64,000 nt of DNA. Source: Nemertoderma westbladi. Taxonomy: Eukaryota > Animalia > Xenacoelomorpha. The notes beneath the pieces are model-generated. The model was not told the origin of the DNA, made no database searches, and saw only the letters and a list, made by a program, of their open reading frames with translations. The stretch lies in contig JAUCBJ010003070.1 of NCBI GenBank assembly GCA_032718475.1, positions 1 through 64,000 of the forward strand, written 5' to 3'. Below are positions 13,450-25,600 of this stretch, piece by piece (positions within the stretch are counted from its first letter, which is position 1; every line of letters begins with the position of its first letter). Position numbers and translations under genes: made by a program.

Positions 13450-14677
13450 TGTAAAAGCTTCTGTGGGATGTAACTGGCCCTTCGCCCCGCAACCCAGTTT
13501 TTCCCCCATACGCTAAAATACTCTGAAACCTACTGTAAAGGTTTTTCTGAGATATGACTGATTTGTTTTCTTTGCTAACCAGTTCCCCCCTCCAAGGCGT
13601 TGGAATCCTCCAGGAGGGATCTGAGCTGTTCGATTGGCCAGCCGGCTTGGGAAGGTTGCCCCAGTTACCCATAGCCCTGCGTTGAGTTAGTTCTGATTTC
13701 GACCAATCCCGAGCTACTGAACTGAAATTATCCTATCTCACTGCCGATTACATGTGTTGAACGGGATTCTTGGAAAATAAGAGAGCTAAAGTCACGGGAC
13801 TTTTGTTATGATTTTGAGACTTTATTATCAGAGTTTTAAGACCGTGTTGAGATAGCGAAATGTTTTCTGCCTTTTTTGTAAGAACATTAGTAGGCAAAAT
13901 TATAGAAAGCATAGCTATTATCGACTCATTTAATTCATTGATCTCATCACTTGCAATCTAATTGTATCTTAACCTACCGTCATACTGCTTTTACTGTTTG
14001 TAATTTTGTATCAGTATAATTGGATGTTATTAGTTGAAGAATATCAATAATCAACCCACATTTTCCCAATATCCTTGATACACTACAGGTTAGAGAGAAG
14101 GGTTATGTACAACAATTGCGACTTTATTATTGTGTTTGTAGTGAATCTAATGTTGTTTGACAGACACTACCTGAGTCCAGTGCATATCTCTTTATACCTG
14201 ATCAAAGTCAGTAACTGTCGGCATATCAGTGAGCAGTGTTGTGCGTTACCGGTAGCGTGCGTGATTGTAAAGTGATTGGATCTGATAATAAAGCATTCCT
14301 AAAGAATGCGCCCTATGCTTGAAATTTAAGCCATATCGTTGTGTGTAGTATCAGTCATAACTCTGTTTACATAGGTAGAGCGCCACGTCCTAAAAGGAAC
14401 TGCTAATATTTCCCGAAAGTGAATAATATTTGTCAGAGATTATATATTAGTAATCAATCGAATAATACAGTAGGCTTGACCGCAAATAAATTTAAGCCCA
14501 CGAATCCAGTCTCCCGGTGTTATAAACGGGTCATTTGGACGCGCATGGACTGGCTTCGGCTAATGTTTTTGGTTTGTTTTTGTATTAAATCTTGTCATCT
14601 TATAAAAGGCAGTTTATCAATAAAGACATATAAATTTCGGCAGGTTAAACTGCTGAAGGTCTATAAAAGCGCGTACA
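13450..14677 (+). repeat. 5' LTR of BEL-1
   Basis: 1228-bp direct repeat of 26967-28194 with TG...CA ends; no differences seen by eye. Confidence 0.95.
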
Positions 14678-16710
14678 ATAATAGCTATCGATCTTATTTG
14701 CGGTAAGCAATAAGATTGAAAATACCGGCACTCCAGTAGGTCAGTAGGCCCAACTGTCATAACCGGTACTACTACCGTAGGTCCGTAGGCCCAACTGTCA
14801 TAACCGGTACTGCTGTGCAAGTACATTAGTATTATTCGATTTTGATTATTGTATACCGGTAGGTCTTGATACTAAATCGGGGACGCCTGGTTTTTATTGG
14901 GATTTTACTTAGGTTTATTTCTGTCAGTTTTATTTCCTAGTAAGTTAATATTGAGCTGAAGACGTGTAAGTCTGCTCAGATTGTTCAGATCATTGTAGGC
15001 TGGACTGTTGTCTGACGGTTGTTAGGCTTGAAGATTACAGCGTGTGTAGAGAGTCTGATAGGTGCCAGTTAGTAAGTTGGGGCAACTCGTAAGTTGTAAG
15101 GTCAACCCCTATAAAGAATAAGCCGCGCTACCTTATTAGCACGCATACTCACTAACAAGTTTCGGAATCTGCATATACTGTGGTTATTTAGGCTTGATAG
15201 TAGTCCGTCAGCGTTTATCCTGTATTGTTTGTATAGTCTGTTCAGATACCGTAATATTATTCAGATATTTTGTGGGCTGGATTGTTGCCTAGCTGTTGTT
15301 GGGTCTGAAGGAATTGCTACGTGTGTAGAGTAAGTCTGATAAAGTGCCGTTAGTAAGTTGGGGCAGCCATCGCTGTAAGGACAATCCCCTCTTAAAGAAT
15401 AAGTCGTACTACCGTATTAGCACGCATACTAACTAACAGTTTCAGAATCTGCACATACAGTAGTTTGTTTAGGCTTAGTGGTAGTCTGTCAGCATTTTAG
15501 TTTGTATTTTATTTGAGTATTCTGTACGGGTAGCGTAATATTTATTATTCAGAGTTTATGCAATTACTCGCAACATTCATGTCCCCAAGTTTATTCCTAC
15601 AGTAATTGTGTTTGTTATACATACCGTTATAGTTAAATTAACCCCAGTACTACACGGGCTGCTTGGCGTAGGTAAAGACTGGTGACTTAGTGCCCCGGTC
15701 ACTCCAGCAGATGCTGTGGTTCTTTTAACTGTTCAAGTATATTTAACTACTGGTTATCTGTTTTACAAGTACCTGTACCTAATTTAGGGTTTAGTGTACA
15801 GTGCTGTCCGAGAGTAATTAGTGTAGGCATTATTGTGTTGTAAAGTAGTTAATAGGCACGCTCGTTCTGGTAGACGGCGGTAATTAACTTCTAGGTAGGA
15901 ACACTCCGTAGATACATAACGTTGTACCTATAGCGCTACGGCTGTAGGTCGTCAGGCGGTGGTATTTTCCTATCTAGACAACGCAATATTTACTTCTGCT
16001 TATTATTTTCAAATACCGTAGTATCCTGTCCGTTGAAATAACCAGGAGATCTAACCCTTTGTTAGACTGGTTAGTAGTTTCCCTGTAAAATTGCCCTAAA
16101 AATCTGTACGTACCGTTTTTGTGTGTTTATTAGAGATTGTAATCTCACCAATAGTAAGTAACTAGTAAATAAGTAACGTAGGCCAGTAGAATTATTCTGT
16201 TTAGTGTCCCATAAGTAGCACTTCACTGAAAGCGCACAGCTTCTGTGTAGTGGTATTTTACCGGAAATAGTAACACCTATTTCAATCTTGTAACAAATCC
16301 CTTATCAGGGTATATATATATTATAAATCAACTCCAAAGATTTATAAATCAGTAGGCCTGTCATACAACAAGTAGGTCTCAATATCAGTTGGACTACTGC
16401 TTACATAACGGTAACAGAGTAAACTCAAGTAACTAAGTAACCTTATAATTTCAGAAATTCAATTATCCTAAATAATTGATATACCGGTATCTATAATAGG
16501 CTTAATATATATTTGTATATATTTGTACTGAAATTATATACCGGTACTCTGTGACAAACCTAGTCTGCAATAATTATATATACTGTGGGTGTATACCGGT
16601 ATCCTAATATATCGTAATTAATTACCGGTACTAGGCCAACAGTCCTACTGAATTACTGGACTTGCTTTAACTGTAACTATAGCAGTAGGCATTCAACTGT
16701 ATAACTAAAC

Positions 16711-19700
16711 ATGGCTGACATAAAGAAAACTCTGTCAGATAGTCTTTTAGAAACAACAGCCTGTTTCTCAGATCAAAGTGTAGAGAATCCTAGACCGAGA
16801 TCTGAGACCCCTCCTACTGTAAGAAGGGCAACCCCTGCAGTAGTTGTGTCAGAACCTAGGTTGGTAGAAGCGATTTCGCAATTTGCTAAGTTAGTGAAGC
16901 GCCGTAGGTCTGCCATAGGCACTCGGGCCCAAGTCAAACGGAACCCAGAGGAAGCTGTCCTATCGCAGCAACATCCTGATCACGAACCTAGTCCCCAGCG
17001 ACCCGATAGCTCCAGTAGTTCGGAGACTGTTGAGCGGACACCCGAACGCGGAGCGAAAATGGTGGATACGGCTTGTGATGAGCGGCCAACCTTTGAAGAA
17101 TCAACCGACGCCCCTTCTTCTCAAGTAGAAAGCGAAGTGGAAAGCGAAGTGGAAAGCGAAGTGGAAAGCGAAGTGGAAAGCGAATTAACACCAGAAGGAC
17201 CACAAAAGAGAGATGCAATTGATACCTATTTGTCAGATTATCAGCGATTCATAGGAGACAAGGAGTTGAGAAGAAGACTGCATGGATTTACACCTAATAG
17301 TGCAGGGGCTAAGCGTGTATTGGACGAACTCGATGCTGAGATGTTAGCTAAAGATCAAGCTAAATTTGATGAGGAAAGACGCATCGCTAGAGCCCAGGAA
17401 ACACAAGTCCAGAAAAAACAAATAGAAGATCGAAAGGCAGCAGCAGCGGCAGAGGCAGAGGCAGCAAGAAAGTTAGCAGCGGCAGAGGCAGAGGCAGCAA
17501 GCAAGCTAGCAGCGGCAGAGGCAGCAAGCAAGCTAGCAGCGGCAGAGGCAGAGGCAGAAAGAAAATTGACAGAAGCGGAAAAGAGAGCTTCTGACGAGAT
17601 CGCCCAACTAGAGTTGGCAAATCTGCAAGAGACACATGATTACATCAATAAACGCGACACAGAAAGTCGAATGAAGATACTGAGTCGATCTACTTCGAAA
17701 CGCCAAGGTTTTACATCCTCAGAAGAAGGAGACACTACCGACACTGAAGGTGGAAGAAATAGATCCCGTCTCAGTAGGCGTAAAAGAATGTCTCCACGTC
17801 AGAAATTGCCTGATTTGCCTCCAGCTGTTAAGAGACAACTAGCTAGCATAGCAGTAGATAGTACAGAACCCACAGACCAAACTATTACCATTACCAGACT
17901 CCCTACTATAGTAGATGAGCCGGAAATAATTAGGCCTGTTCTAGAAAACACCCCTTCGGTGAGAGAGACCCCTGTACTCCCCAAATCTACTACCAAACTC
18001 CCTTTACACAGTACTATTAAATTAACGGCACCTGGTGGAGCAGCCCAAGTCCCGGTTCTGGAGACTGAGAGAGACATACAAGATCTGTCTCCCGTCGCCC
18101 CGATACGGCCCGCTACAACGTTGGCGACTCCCGCTTCGGCGGTCGAGTGGGTTGAGAAGGGACGGCGGGAGATGAGTCTCTTGCTCGGTCAAATGCGAGA
18201 ACAGCGAGACTGTTCCTCGCAACAGATCCGGGACTTAGAAGGGACTGTCTACCAACTCAAGGGAACCGTAAGGGATAGTAGGATAGAGCTGCAAGAAGTG
18301 CAGCAAAATATCGCTCTCGAGCGCGACAAATTAGTCAATATACAAAGGGGAATACCAACACCCCCTGTAACCCTGTGTCAACCTGCTAGGTCGGAAGTGT
18401 ATCATGCGCGAGGTGTGTCGCCTACACGCATATATACTGCTAGCAAAGTAGAAACACCCCCTATAACCCTGAGTCAACCTGTTAGGTCTGAAGTACATCA
18501 TGCGCAAGGTGTGTCGCCTATACGCATATATACTGCTAGCGAAGTAGAAACTCCTATAGTAAACCCTATTACGGGAGACTACAAACCTGTGAATAATGAT
18601 ATTCCCTATAGACCTGATAATGATCTGAAAAATTTATATACCGATAATTCGATATTAAATAACACGATGGCCCAAGAAAGCTTTACGCGTCAGATGGCTA
18701 GAACAGAAGCCCGCCAAGCGGTCAAAGTGGGAGAAATTGTCAAATTCAACGGTGATGAGATGAAATGGTTACCTTTTAAAGAATATTATGAAGATAGCAT
18801 ACAGAACTCTGTACTATCTAGCGGAGAGAAACTGAGATTCCTCATCAAATGTTTGGAAGGACCTCCCAAGTTAATGGCGTTGAAGTTTATTGGACATCCA
18901 AATGGATTAAGACAAGTCTGGGATACATTAAACACCAGGTATGGTAATAAAGATAATATCGCTAAGTATTTGTATGCAAAACTGGTAGCCCCTCGAAAGT
19001 TCCTTAGTAACGAGATTATAGAGTTTTCCGATGAGATTCAAGAAATCTGCCGACAATTGGATTGGTTAGGTAAGTCCCATGAATATCAGAGCTCCATGGT
19101 CATCGGAGCCATAGTCTCTACTTTGCCAAAGGGTGGAGTATGTACACGTTGGGACAAGAAGGTGTTGCATATGATGGAGCAACAACGACGGAGCCCCACC
19201 ATGGTGGATCTCATGTCATTCCTAGACCGTGAGGTCAAACTACAACTAATAAAGCAATCCAGGGAAAAAACATCGGAAAATCAGGTAAGTGAAAAACCCG
19301 TTTCTAGGAAAAGAATAATACCCGTATGTTATACTGACGACGGCGAAAGCCAGACCTCCCATGAAGAAGACAGCGGGAAAGACACAGCAAGATCCTACGA
19401 TGACCACAAAACCCCGAGAGACGTAAGTAAATACCAGCCTCGAACCAATGATAGGAGAGACAAGCTTACCAAGACCCCTCCTCAGTCTCCCAAAGGAATT
19501 CAGGTAAGCAAGCCCGAAGAACGAGCGAAAGTGCACAGCATTGCCCAAGTTAAAGTGAGTAACATCAAACCAAAATGTGCGCTGTGCGACGGGCCCCACC
19601 GTTTGAGTGCGTGTGCGGAATTCCAAAAGAAATCCCTGGCAGATAGACGTGGAGTCCTGTGGGATAAGCGGTTGTGTTATAACTGTCTCAGACGCGGACA

Positions 19701-21009
19701 CCAGCGGCGAACCTGTTACTCTGACGCAAGGTGTGCTAAGTGCGGCGCGAAACATCATAGCTTATTGCACACAGAATTCGAACGAAACCACCCGAGTCAG
19801 GTAAGTGAGCCCAAATCACATGTCCAATTCAGTGATGTGAACGACACTGACCAAAGTTCTGAGTGGGAAGGATTCTATACTGACGAATTCTCTGATGCCA
19901 ACGAATCCTGTTATCTAATAAACACCGCAGTGTATCGAGCACTTACGTACGAAAAGGATAACGACACGGAGTTTCCATCAACCTCCTTGGACAAGCAACC
20001 ATCTCGGAAAACTCCAACATCCAACATAGGAATACGAGAATTTCCGGTAGTCCAGGTAAGAGTTCACGGTCCCAACAAAAGTTACATAGTGAACGCCCTC
20101 CTTGACTCAGGTAGCACCGGAACATTCATCGACAAGGAGTTAGCCGAGGATATTTTTGCTGGACAACCCAAATTCCGAACTAAGTTAAATATGTCCGGAA
20201 TTATGCAGGTTTGGAAATCTACCTTAATGGCAGATTATTATATCGGCGCATTGTCCACTCCACAGGATAAATTAGGGGAACAAAGTATAGAGTCAGTAAA
20301 AATGGTGGCAATAAAGAACTTCGCTACTACTCAAGTAGAACCTTATGACTGGGACGAGGACGAGAACATCCAACATTTGGGAATACCTCGATTCCAAACT
20401 GATTATCCTGGAGTACAAATCCTTATCGGCCAAAACGCGCATGAGGCGCTCGAGACGTTAGAGAAACGGCCTGCTCAACCGCAGCCATTACAACCTTATG
20501 CGGTAAGAACTCGAGTAGGTTGGTACTTCACTGGCCCTTCCCGCAGAACCCTTGAAGAAAGACTGCCACAAGACCGGATACTTCAAGTAAAAGCTTGGGA
20601 AGAGGAGAGCAGTGAGGTGGACGAAGCCACTGAGGGAACAACATACTCCTCAGATAGCGACGATATCAACTCCAATGTAGATCAATGGAGACATCGACCC
20701 GAGACGATTAATCTAGCCGACATCGCTTCCAGAGGAGTAACTCCTCAAGAACGGATAGATACTCCCGGCTGGTTGGGTGGACCCGACTCCCTAAGTAAAG
20801 AAGAAGAAGAATGGCCTCCTCGTCTTGCCGCGGCGGAGATTAGACAGGCCAAGGGAGCGGAGGAAATATCACGACGGCCTAATCGCCCAGCTGGTCGTTT
20901 AGGTTTACCGGGAAGAGACCGAAAACTGTCCGGAAACCATGGAAGGCAAGATACTCTTCCTACGACCACTTCCCTAATTCGACAAATATCTAGGGACTCC
21001 ATCACGTAA
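16711..21009 (+). CDS. gag-pro: BEL/Pao Gag-aspartic protease polyprotein, RT/RNase H/integrase deleted (1432 aa)
   Basis: DUF1759-like KFNGDEMKWLPF...EKLRFLIKCLEG; triple Cys-His knuckle CALCDGPHRLSAC / CYNCLRRGHQRRTC / CAKCGAKHHSLLH; protease ALLDSGS...TRVGWYFTG; short post-RNase H remnant WRHRPETINLADIASRG...WLGGP; no YxDD motif. Confidence 0.9.
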   Translation: MADIKKTLSDSLLETTACFSDQSVENPRPRSETPPTVRRATPAVVVSEPRLVEAISQFAKLVKRRRSAIGTRAQVKRNPEEAVLSQQHPDHEPSPQRPDSSSSSETVERTPERGAKMVDTACDERPTFEESTDAPSSQVESEVESEVESEVESEVESELTPEGPQKRDAIDTYLSDYQRFIGDKELRRRLHGFTPNSAGAKRVLDELDAEMLAKDQAKFDEERRIARAQETQVQKKQIEDRKAAAAAEAEAARKLAAAEAEAASKLAAAEAASKLAAAEAEAERKLTEAEKRASDEIAQLELANLQETHDYINKRDTESRMKILSRSTSKRQGFTSSEEGDTTDTEGGRNRSRLSRRKRMSPRQKLPDLPPAVKRQLASIAVDSTEPTDQTITITRLPTIVDEPEIIRPVLENTPSVRETPVLPKSTTKLPLHSTIKLTAPGGAAQVPVLETERDIQDLSPVAPIRPATTLATPASAVEWVEKGRREMSLLLGQMREQRDCSSQQIRDLEGTVYQLKGTVRDSRIELQEVQQNIALERDKLVNIQRGIPTPPVTLCQPARSEVYHARGVSPTRIYTASKVETPPITLSQPVRSEVHHAQGVSPIRIYTASEVETPIVNPITGDYKPVNNDIPYRPDNDLKNLYTDNSILNNTMAQESFTRQMARTEARQAVKVGEIVKFNGDEMKWLPFKEYYEDSIQNSVLSSGEKLRFLIKCLEGPPKLMALKFIGHPNGLRQVWDTLNTRYGNKDNIAKYLYAKLVAPRKFLSNEIIEFSDEIQEICRQLDWLGKSHEYQSSMVIGAIVSTLPKGGVCTRWDKKVLHMMEQQRRSPTMVDLMSFLDREVKLQLIKQSREKTSENQVSEKPVSRKRIIPVCYTDDGESQTSHEEDSGKDTARSYDDHKTPRDVSKYQPRTNDRRDKLTKTPPQSPKGIQVSKPEERAKVHSIAQVKVSNIKPKCALCDGPHRLSACAEFQKKSLADRRGVLWDKRLCYNCLRRGHQRRTCYSDARCAKCGAKHHSLLHTEFERNHPSQVSEPKSHVQFSDVNDTDQSSEWEGFYTDEFSDANESCYLINTAVYRALTYEKDNDTEFPSTSLDKQPSRKTPTSNIGIREFPVVQVRVHGPNKSYIVNALLDSGSTGTFIDKELAEDIFAGQPKFRTKLNMSGIMQVWKSTLMADYYIGALSTPQDKLGEQSIESVKMVAIKNFATTQVEPYDWDEDENIQHLGIPRFQTDYPGVQILIGQNAHEALETLEKRPAQPQPLQPYAVRTRVGWYFTGPSRRTLEERLPQDRILQVKAWEEESSEVDEATEGTTYSSDSDDINSNVDQWRHRPETINLADIASRGVTPQERIDTPGWLGGPDSLSKEEEEWPPRLAAAEIRQAKGAEEISRRPNRPAGRLGLPGRDRKLSGNHGRQDTLPTTTSLIRQISRDSIT

Positions 21010-22634
21010 TAATATATGGAGTGGGTGTGTGACTATATTATTTTATATTTGTTTTTATTTTATATTTATGTATGTATTACTATGTATTTTATTATAATCG
21101 TTTTATTTAATTTTATTTAGTAGAGTGTTATTTTAGATTATTTAGTAGATTAGTGCAATATATTAGTGTTTATTACGTAATTACATAATATACTTAGTGC
21201 GACGGCGAGAAATAATTATTTTCTCTTTCCTTACTGTCCGTATTATATTATAAATGCGAGACTACAGTAAGATGAAATGTCCGTACTTATTAAAGTACAA
21301 TAAAGCCACTACTATATTTTCAGTATTATTGGTAGGCAGAGTATTAGGAATGCAAAGTTCAGATCCTCGTGTCTCGGCTAAACCAAGCTCTGGGTAGACC
21401 TTGGAAACGACTTGCCTCTTCACACTGACATTGCCTTGTGCGATATTGCTCTTCTACCTATATTAAATAATACATATAGTAGCGTGATGTCCCTTTAACA
21501 GTAGCGTAAAACGCAAATAAATCTGTTAAACTTTTGACCATCTGTAATTCTAGTCGATTAAGATATCGTGGCACCCACCGATATACTTGAAAGACAAATT
21601 CTAGAATCAGTGGTTAACGTCCCCAGACAAGTTCTGGAATAAATCGGTGCCCATCTTAAATATTAATTTAATATTTATTAAAATCTGTCAAATTCAGATC
21701 CTTTAAAATTTCTAGTTAATTAAGATATCGTAGCACTTACCGGTATTCTTAAAAGACCATTTTATAGAATTAAGGATCTTATGTCCCCAGATATGTTCTG
21801 GAATCAAAATTGTGTCAATCTTACCATCAAATAATAAAATTCACGGGAATAAATTTAAAATTCATATTTTATGAATTTAATAAATTGTCATTTTGCACAA
21901 TTTCTAATATTCCCAAAATTCCACTAATTAATAGATCACGGGAGCGGAGATTAATCCTATTGAGTGTATTAGAGTGCAAGAATCTCCAACATATAGTCAA
22001 TAGCCGACAAAATTCATAAAATCATGTGTAAAGAGGATATGGACAAACTAAAGACTTACTATCAAACAACATCCCAGATCTGTATGCATGAGAACTACCC
22101 TAATTCTACCGCTAGCTTTACATAATGTCACCATAGCAACACCCACGCTAGAATTAAAAAACGAGTTAAAAGAACAATAGAAAACTTGTACCGTTACTCA
22201 GCATAGTGATTGTATAGCACACGGTTGGTATCCAAGGATACACAATAACAACAACGTGACATTCTGGAAGGCATTGACTAACGGACAAATGGCCTGTAGG
22301 ATGGTAGTTGGTAGCTGTTGTGTGGAATTTATGCGTTTGTAGGTGAATGTTGCTGCTAAGGTGTGTTTACAGTAGCTAGTCGCAATTGTAAGATAACCCA
22401 ACTCTCCCATAGCAAGAACCTCAAGTGATAACAAGCCTTTGGGACGGACAGTGGAGGGACTTGTGCCGGTTATCGTTGTCGTGCTGTTGCCACAACGTTG
22501 GCGTAAACACCGCGACAGCGGTACATCGGCGCTGAGAATCCCACTGTCCGGGGGGTCGCGATTAGTAGGCAGCGACGCCCGCTGACCTAAAACATATATA
22601 ACTCGTTACATATTGGTGGATTTCGATAGCAGAT

Positions 22635-25600
22635 ATGACGGAATTGATAGAAGATGATCTTGGTATCAGGGAGCGATATAATGTACCTTTGCAGGCGTTT
22701 GTGGATAGCTTGATAGGTGGTGAACCCGGTCCCACCACTACAGAGGAAGATGGTCGTTACATCGAACCGCCGATGTCCCAAGAGCAACTCACGCGTGAAT
22801 TGGACTATAGAAAATTCACCGCTCGCTATACGCACCGTAATGGTACGTATATGGACTTTCTAACCACCGGCCATCCGATCGACCTACATGATACGGACGA
22901 TGTAGACACCGAAAGAGAAATGGTTTTGTTTAAATATCACGCTCAACGGAGTCGTAACGATAAACCAAGAACAGACCACGAGAACTCTATTCGTAACCGG
23001 CTCGACCGAGAAAACGTTGAGGAACCCGATAAGCGTATCAACTTCAACGACTACCTGGAATTTTTGAGAGAAACTTATCTCAATATTGCCAGTCAACAAA
23101 ACCTAGAGACTCGATATCCTCAAGGTATACATCATGATCCCATGGTAGAACTCCAACGACTATACTTCACCATGATGTATCTCACGGCCGATCGTCCACT
23201 ACCCGTGGTTCCCGATAGCTTTGCACAAATGGAGGAGTATTGCAAAACGGGAGAACGATCACCCGCATTCCCTCTACAGGACTTACGTCTATGGTATTAT
23301 TGTGACGAATGCCCTAGACCCAACCAACAAACGGAAAGACATAAACATCCGCGGAGACGTTGCGCTAAACATAGTTTTACGCGTTGTACGTACGGGAGTT
23401 TCGAGCGAAACCTATTCGATGTGTCGCCCACGGTCGCCCGCCTCAAACGATCACTCAATAAACCCATGATCAGAGTTCCGGAGTACTCGGTTAGGCCTCC
23501 TCATTCACCCGTTAGACCTCAAACTCTTGATCCTAATAGTATCACCGATCCTCCCGAACTATATTCTCTGTTCAAAGACTTGGTGTTACCTGAACAGTTA
23601 ATAGGTGGTACTCCGGTAGTGGGCTCTTTAGACATTAGACCATCCTACCTAGCCGGATTAGGACGCGGGCATCTTATATCGCCATTTAATCCCTACAACC
23701 GCCCCGGATTAACCCCGATTCAACCTGCCACGGAAGTCGAAGAGAGCGTTATTAGAAATGCTTTAGACGCTATTCGACAGAAAATCGGGAAGGGAACACA
23801 GGATTACCTCGAAAAACGTAAATTACAGCAACAAGTTCAAGCGGTGAAGGATTTAGCCTTACCACAGTTCGATCGAGAGATACAAAACCTCGAGGACGAC
23901 ATAGAGCTGGGACGCACGTACTCTCTCCAGGAGTTTCTAGACGAGCGTATGAGACAACGAGCGGAAGAGAACCAACTCGAAAAGAAACATACGGAAATGG
24001 ACGAGAGGGAAGAAGCCGCTTTAGCTCAACCCGAAACCCAAATCCTTATGACGGACTTATACTCTAAAACTATCCGTCATCCCTCGATGATTCCCAACTT
24101 CGGAGATAAACTCTTCGCGAAAGTACAACCCCAACCGGTCGATATTAGTACAGGATCACACCAGCTAATCGCCGACGCCCCCATGTTACAGCGCCCGCCG
24201 ATCGAAGCTGCTCGCGTTGACGGTATACTCGTAGAACCTCCGGACAATCGAGCGGATCTTGTCCGTCGTATGGTACACGATGTCAACATACGCGCTCCCC
24301 CTTTAACGAACTCGTTTTATGGGATTAAAGATCACCCTTATTACGTTAATCTGACTCAATATTATATGATAAAACCGGAAGATCCTATGCATAGCTTGAA
24401 GTTTCTACCGTTAATAAATCCTCTGGACATTGTCGAACTCGAACAATTACAGAAACATTTGGATCAGTTAGTAAAGGTAAACTCTTTTAGAAAACCATAT
24501 AACATTTCTAGAATTGAGAATGATACGATACCTCCTTATAACCTCGATGGATTCATTAAAACTCGATTAGTCCATTGGAATCTCGACGTATTATTCGAGG
24601 AGGAGAGAATAAAAAGACACGGAAATATGGAGACGTGTAACACTCAATCCTTGAAGTATAGTGATCTCCCTGACGCTAACCAATGTGCTACCTTATGGCA
24701 CCCGGTAGGGATGACCCTCGAGAACGCTACAAAAGAGTGGAATGAGACCCTTAATATCATCGAGATGTATGGAGTAGTTACCTACGATAATGAAGGCAGC
24801 GTTCCAGTCGGAGAATTAGGAACCACGCGCATGATCCACATACGCGGATTAGCCGGTTCTACTCACGTGTTTACTCGAGCGTGTTCCGATGTGATTGATT
24901 ATTCTTTTGAAACTCTCACGGAAACACAAAAGAATCTTCGGCATGGTCAATTCGTACTCGCGCAGCGTTACGTCATTGATACCGAACGTAAACCGGCCAT
25001 GGGTATCGATGGATCGATGCTACCCCAACCCGTGCTCGAGATGTTGTTCAATGAAAAGATCCTTAAAATCGGTTCCGCCGTTTATGGAGATCTACAAAAT
25101 GATTTTCGAAATATGGAGGATACACCATATCCATTTGTAGACACGCAGTTAATTGCACCTTGGGCAGAAGGCCGAGGTTTCTTCCGTACCATGTACGCTA
25201 ATACGTCTAACGACATTACTAAAGTTCAACGAACTTCCATCGGACATATTGCCTTTCAGGAATACGGATGGAATTTCAAGGTTGGAAATTCCCTTAATTA
25301 TCAACAAGTATATGGAGACCATTATTCCCGATTATATTTTGACGGACCGTTGACCGCACCTGGCGCCGTGTATAGCTTCATGAGTGTTCCACTCCGTCCC
25401 TCTTTAGCTATCTACACGATCTTGGAAAATACCGCACTTTCCGGTTGGCTAGCCGACGTGTGCAGTCGTACTATACGCGCCCATCCGTTAATACTTGGAA
25501 CCAAACTCGCTAAGCTAGATGAACATAACAAATTCATACGCTTTGAATGTTTCCGGCGATTTCTAACCCCGTTCCACAACGTGGATAGCCAATTTAAAGA

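Noticed and set aside
13415-14706. ORFs duplicated at 26950-28229
   Set aside because: Duplicated only because they lie in the LTRs; they cross LTR boundaries and have no recognisable motifs.
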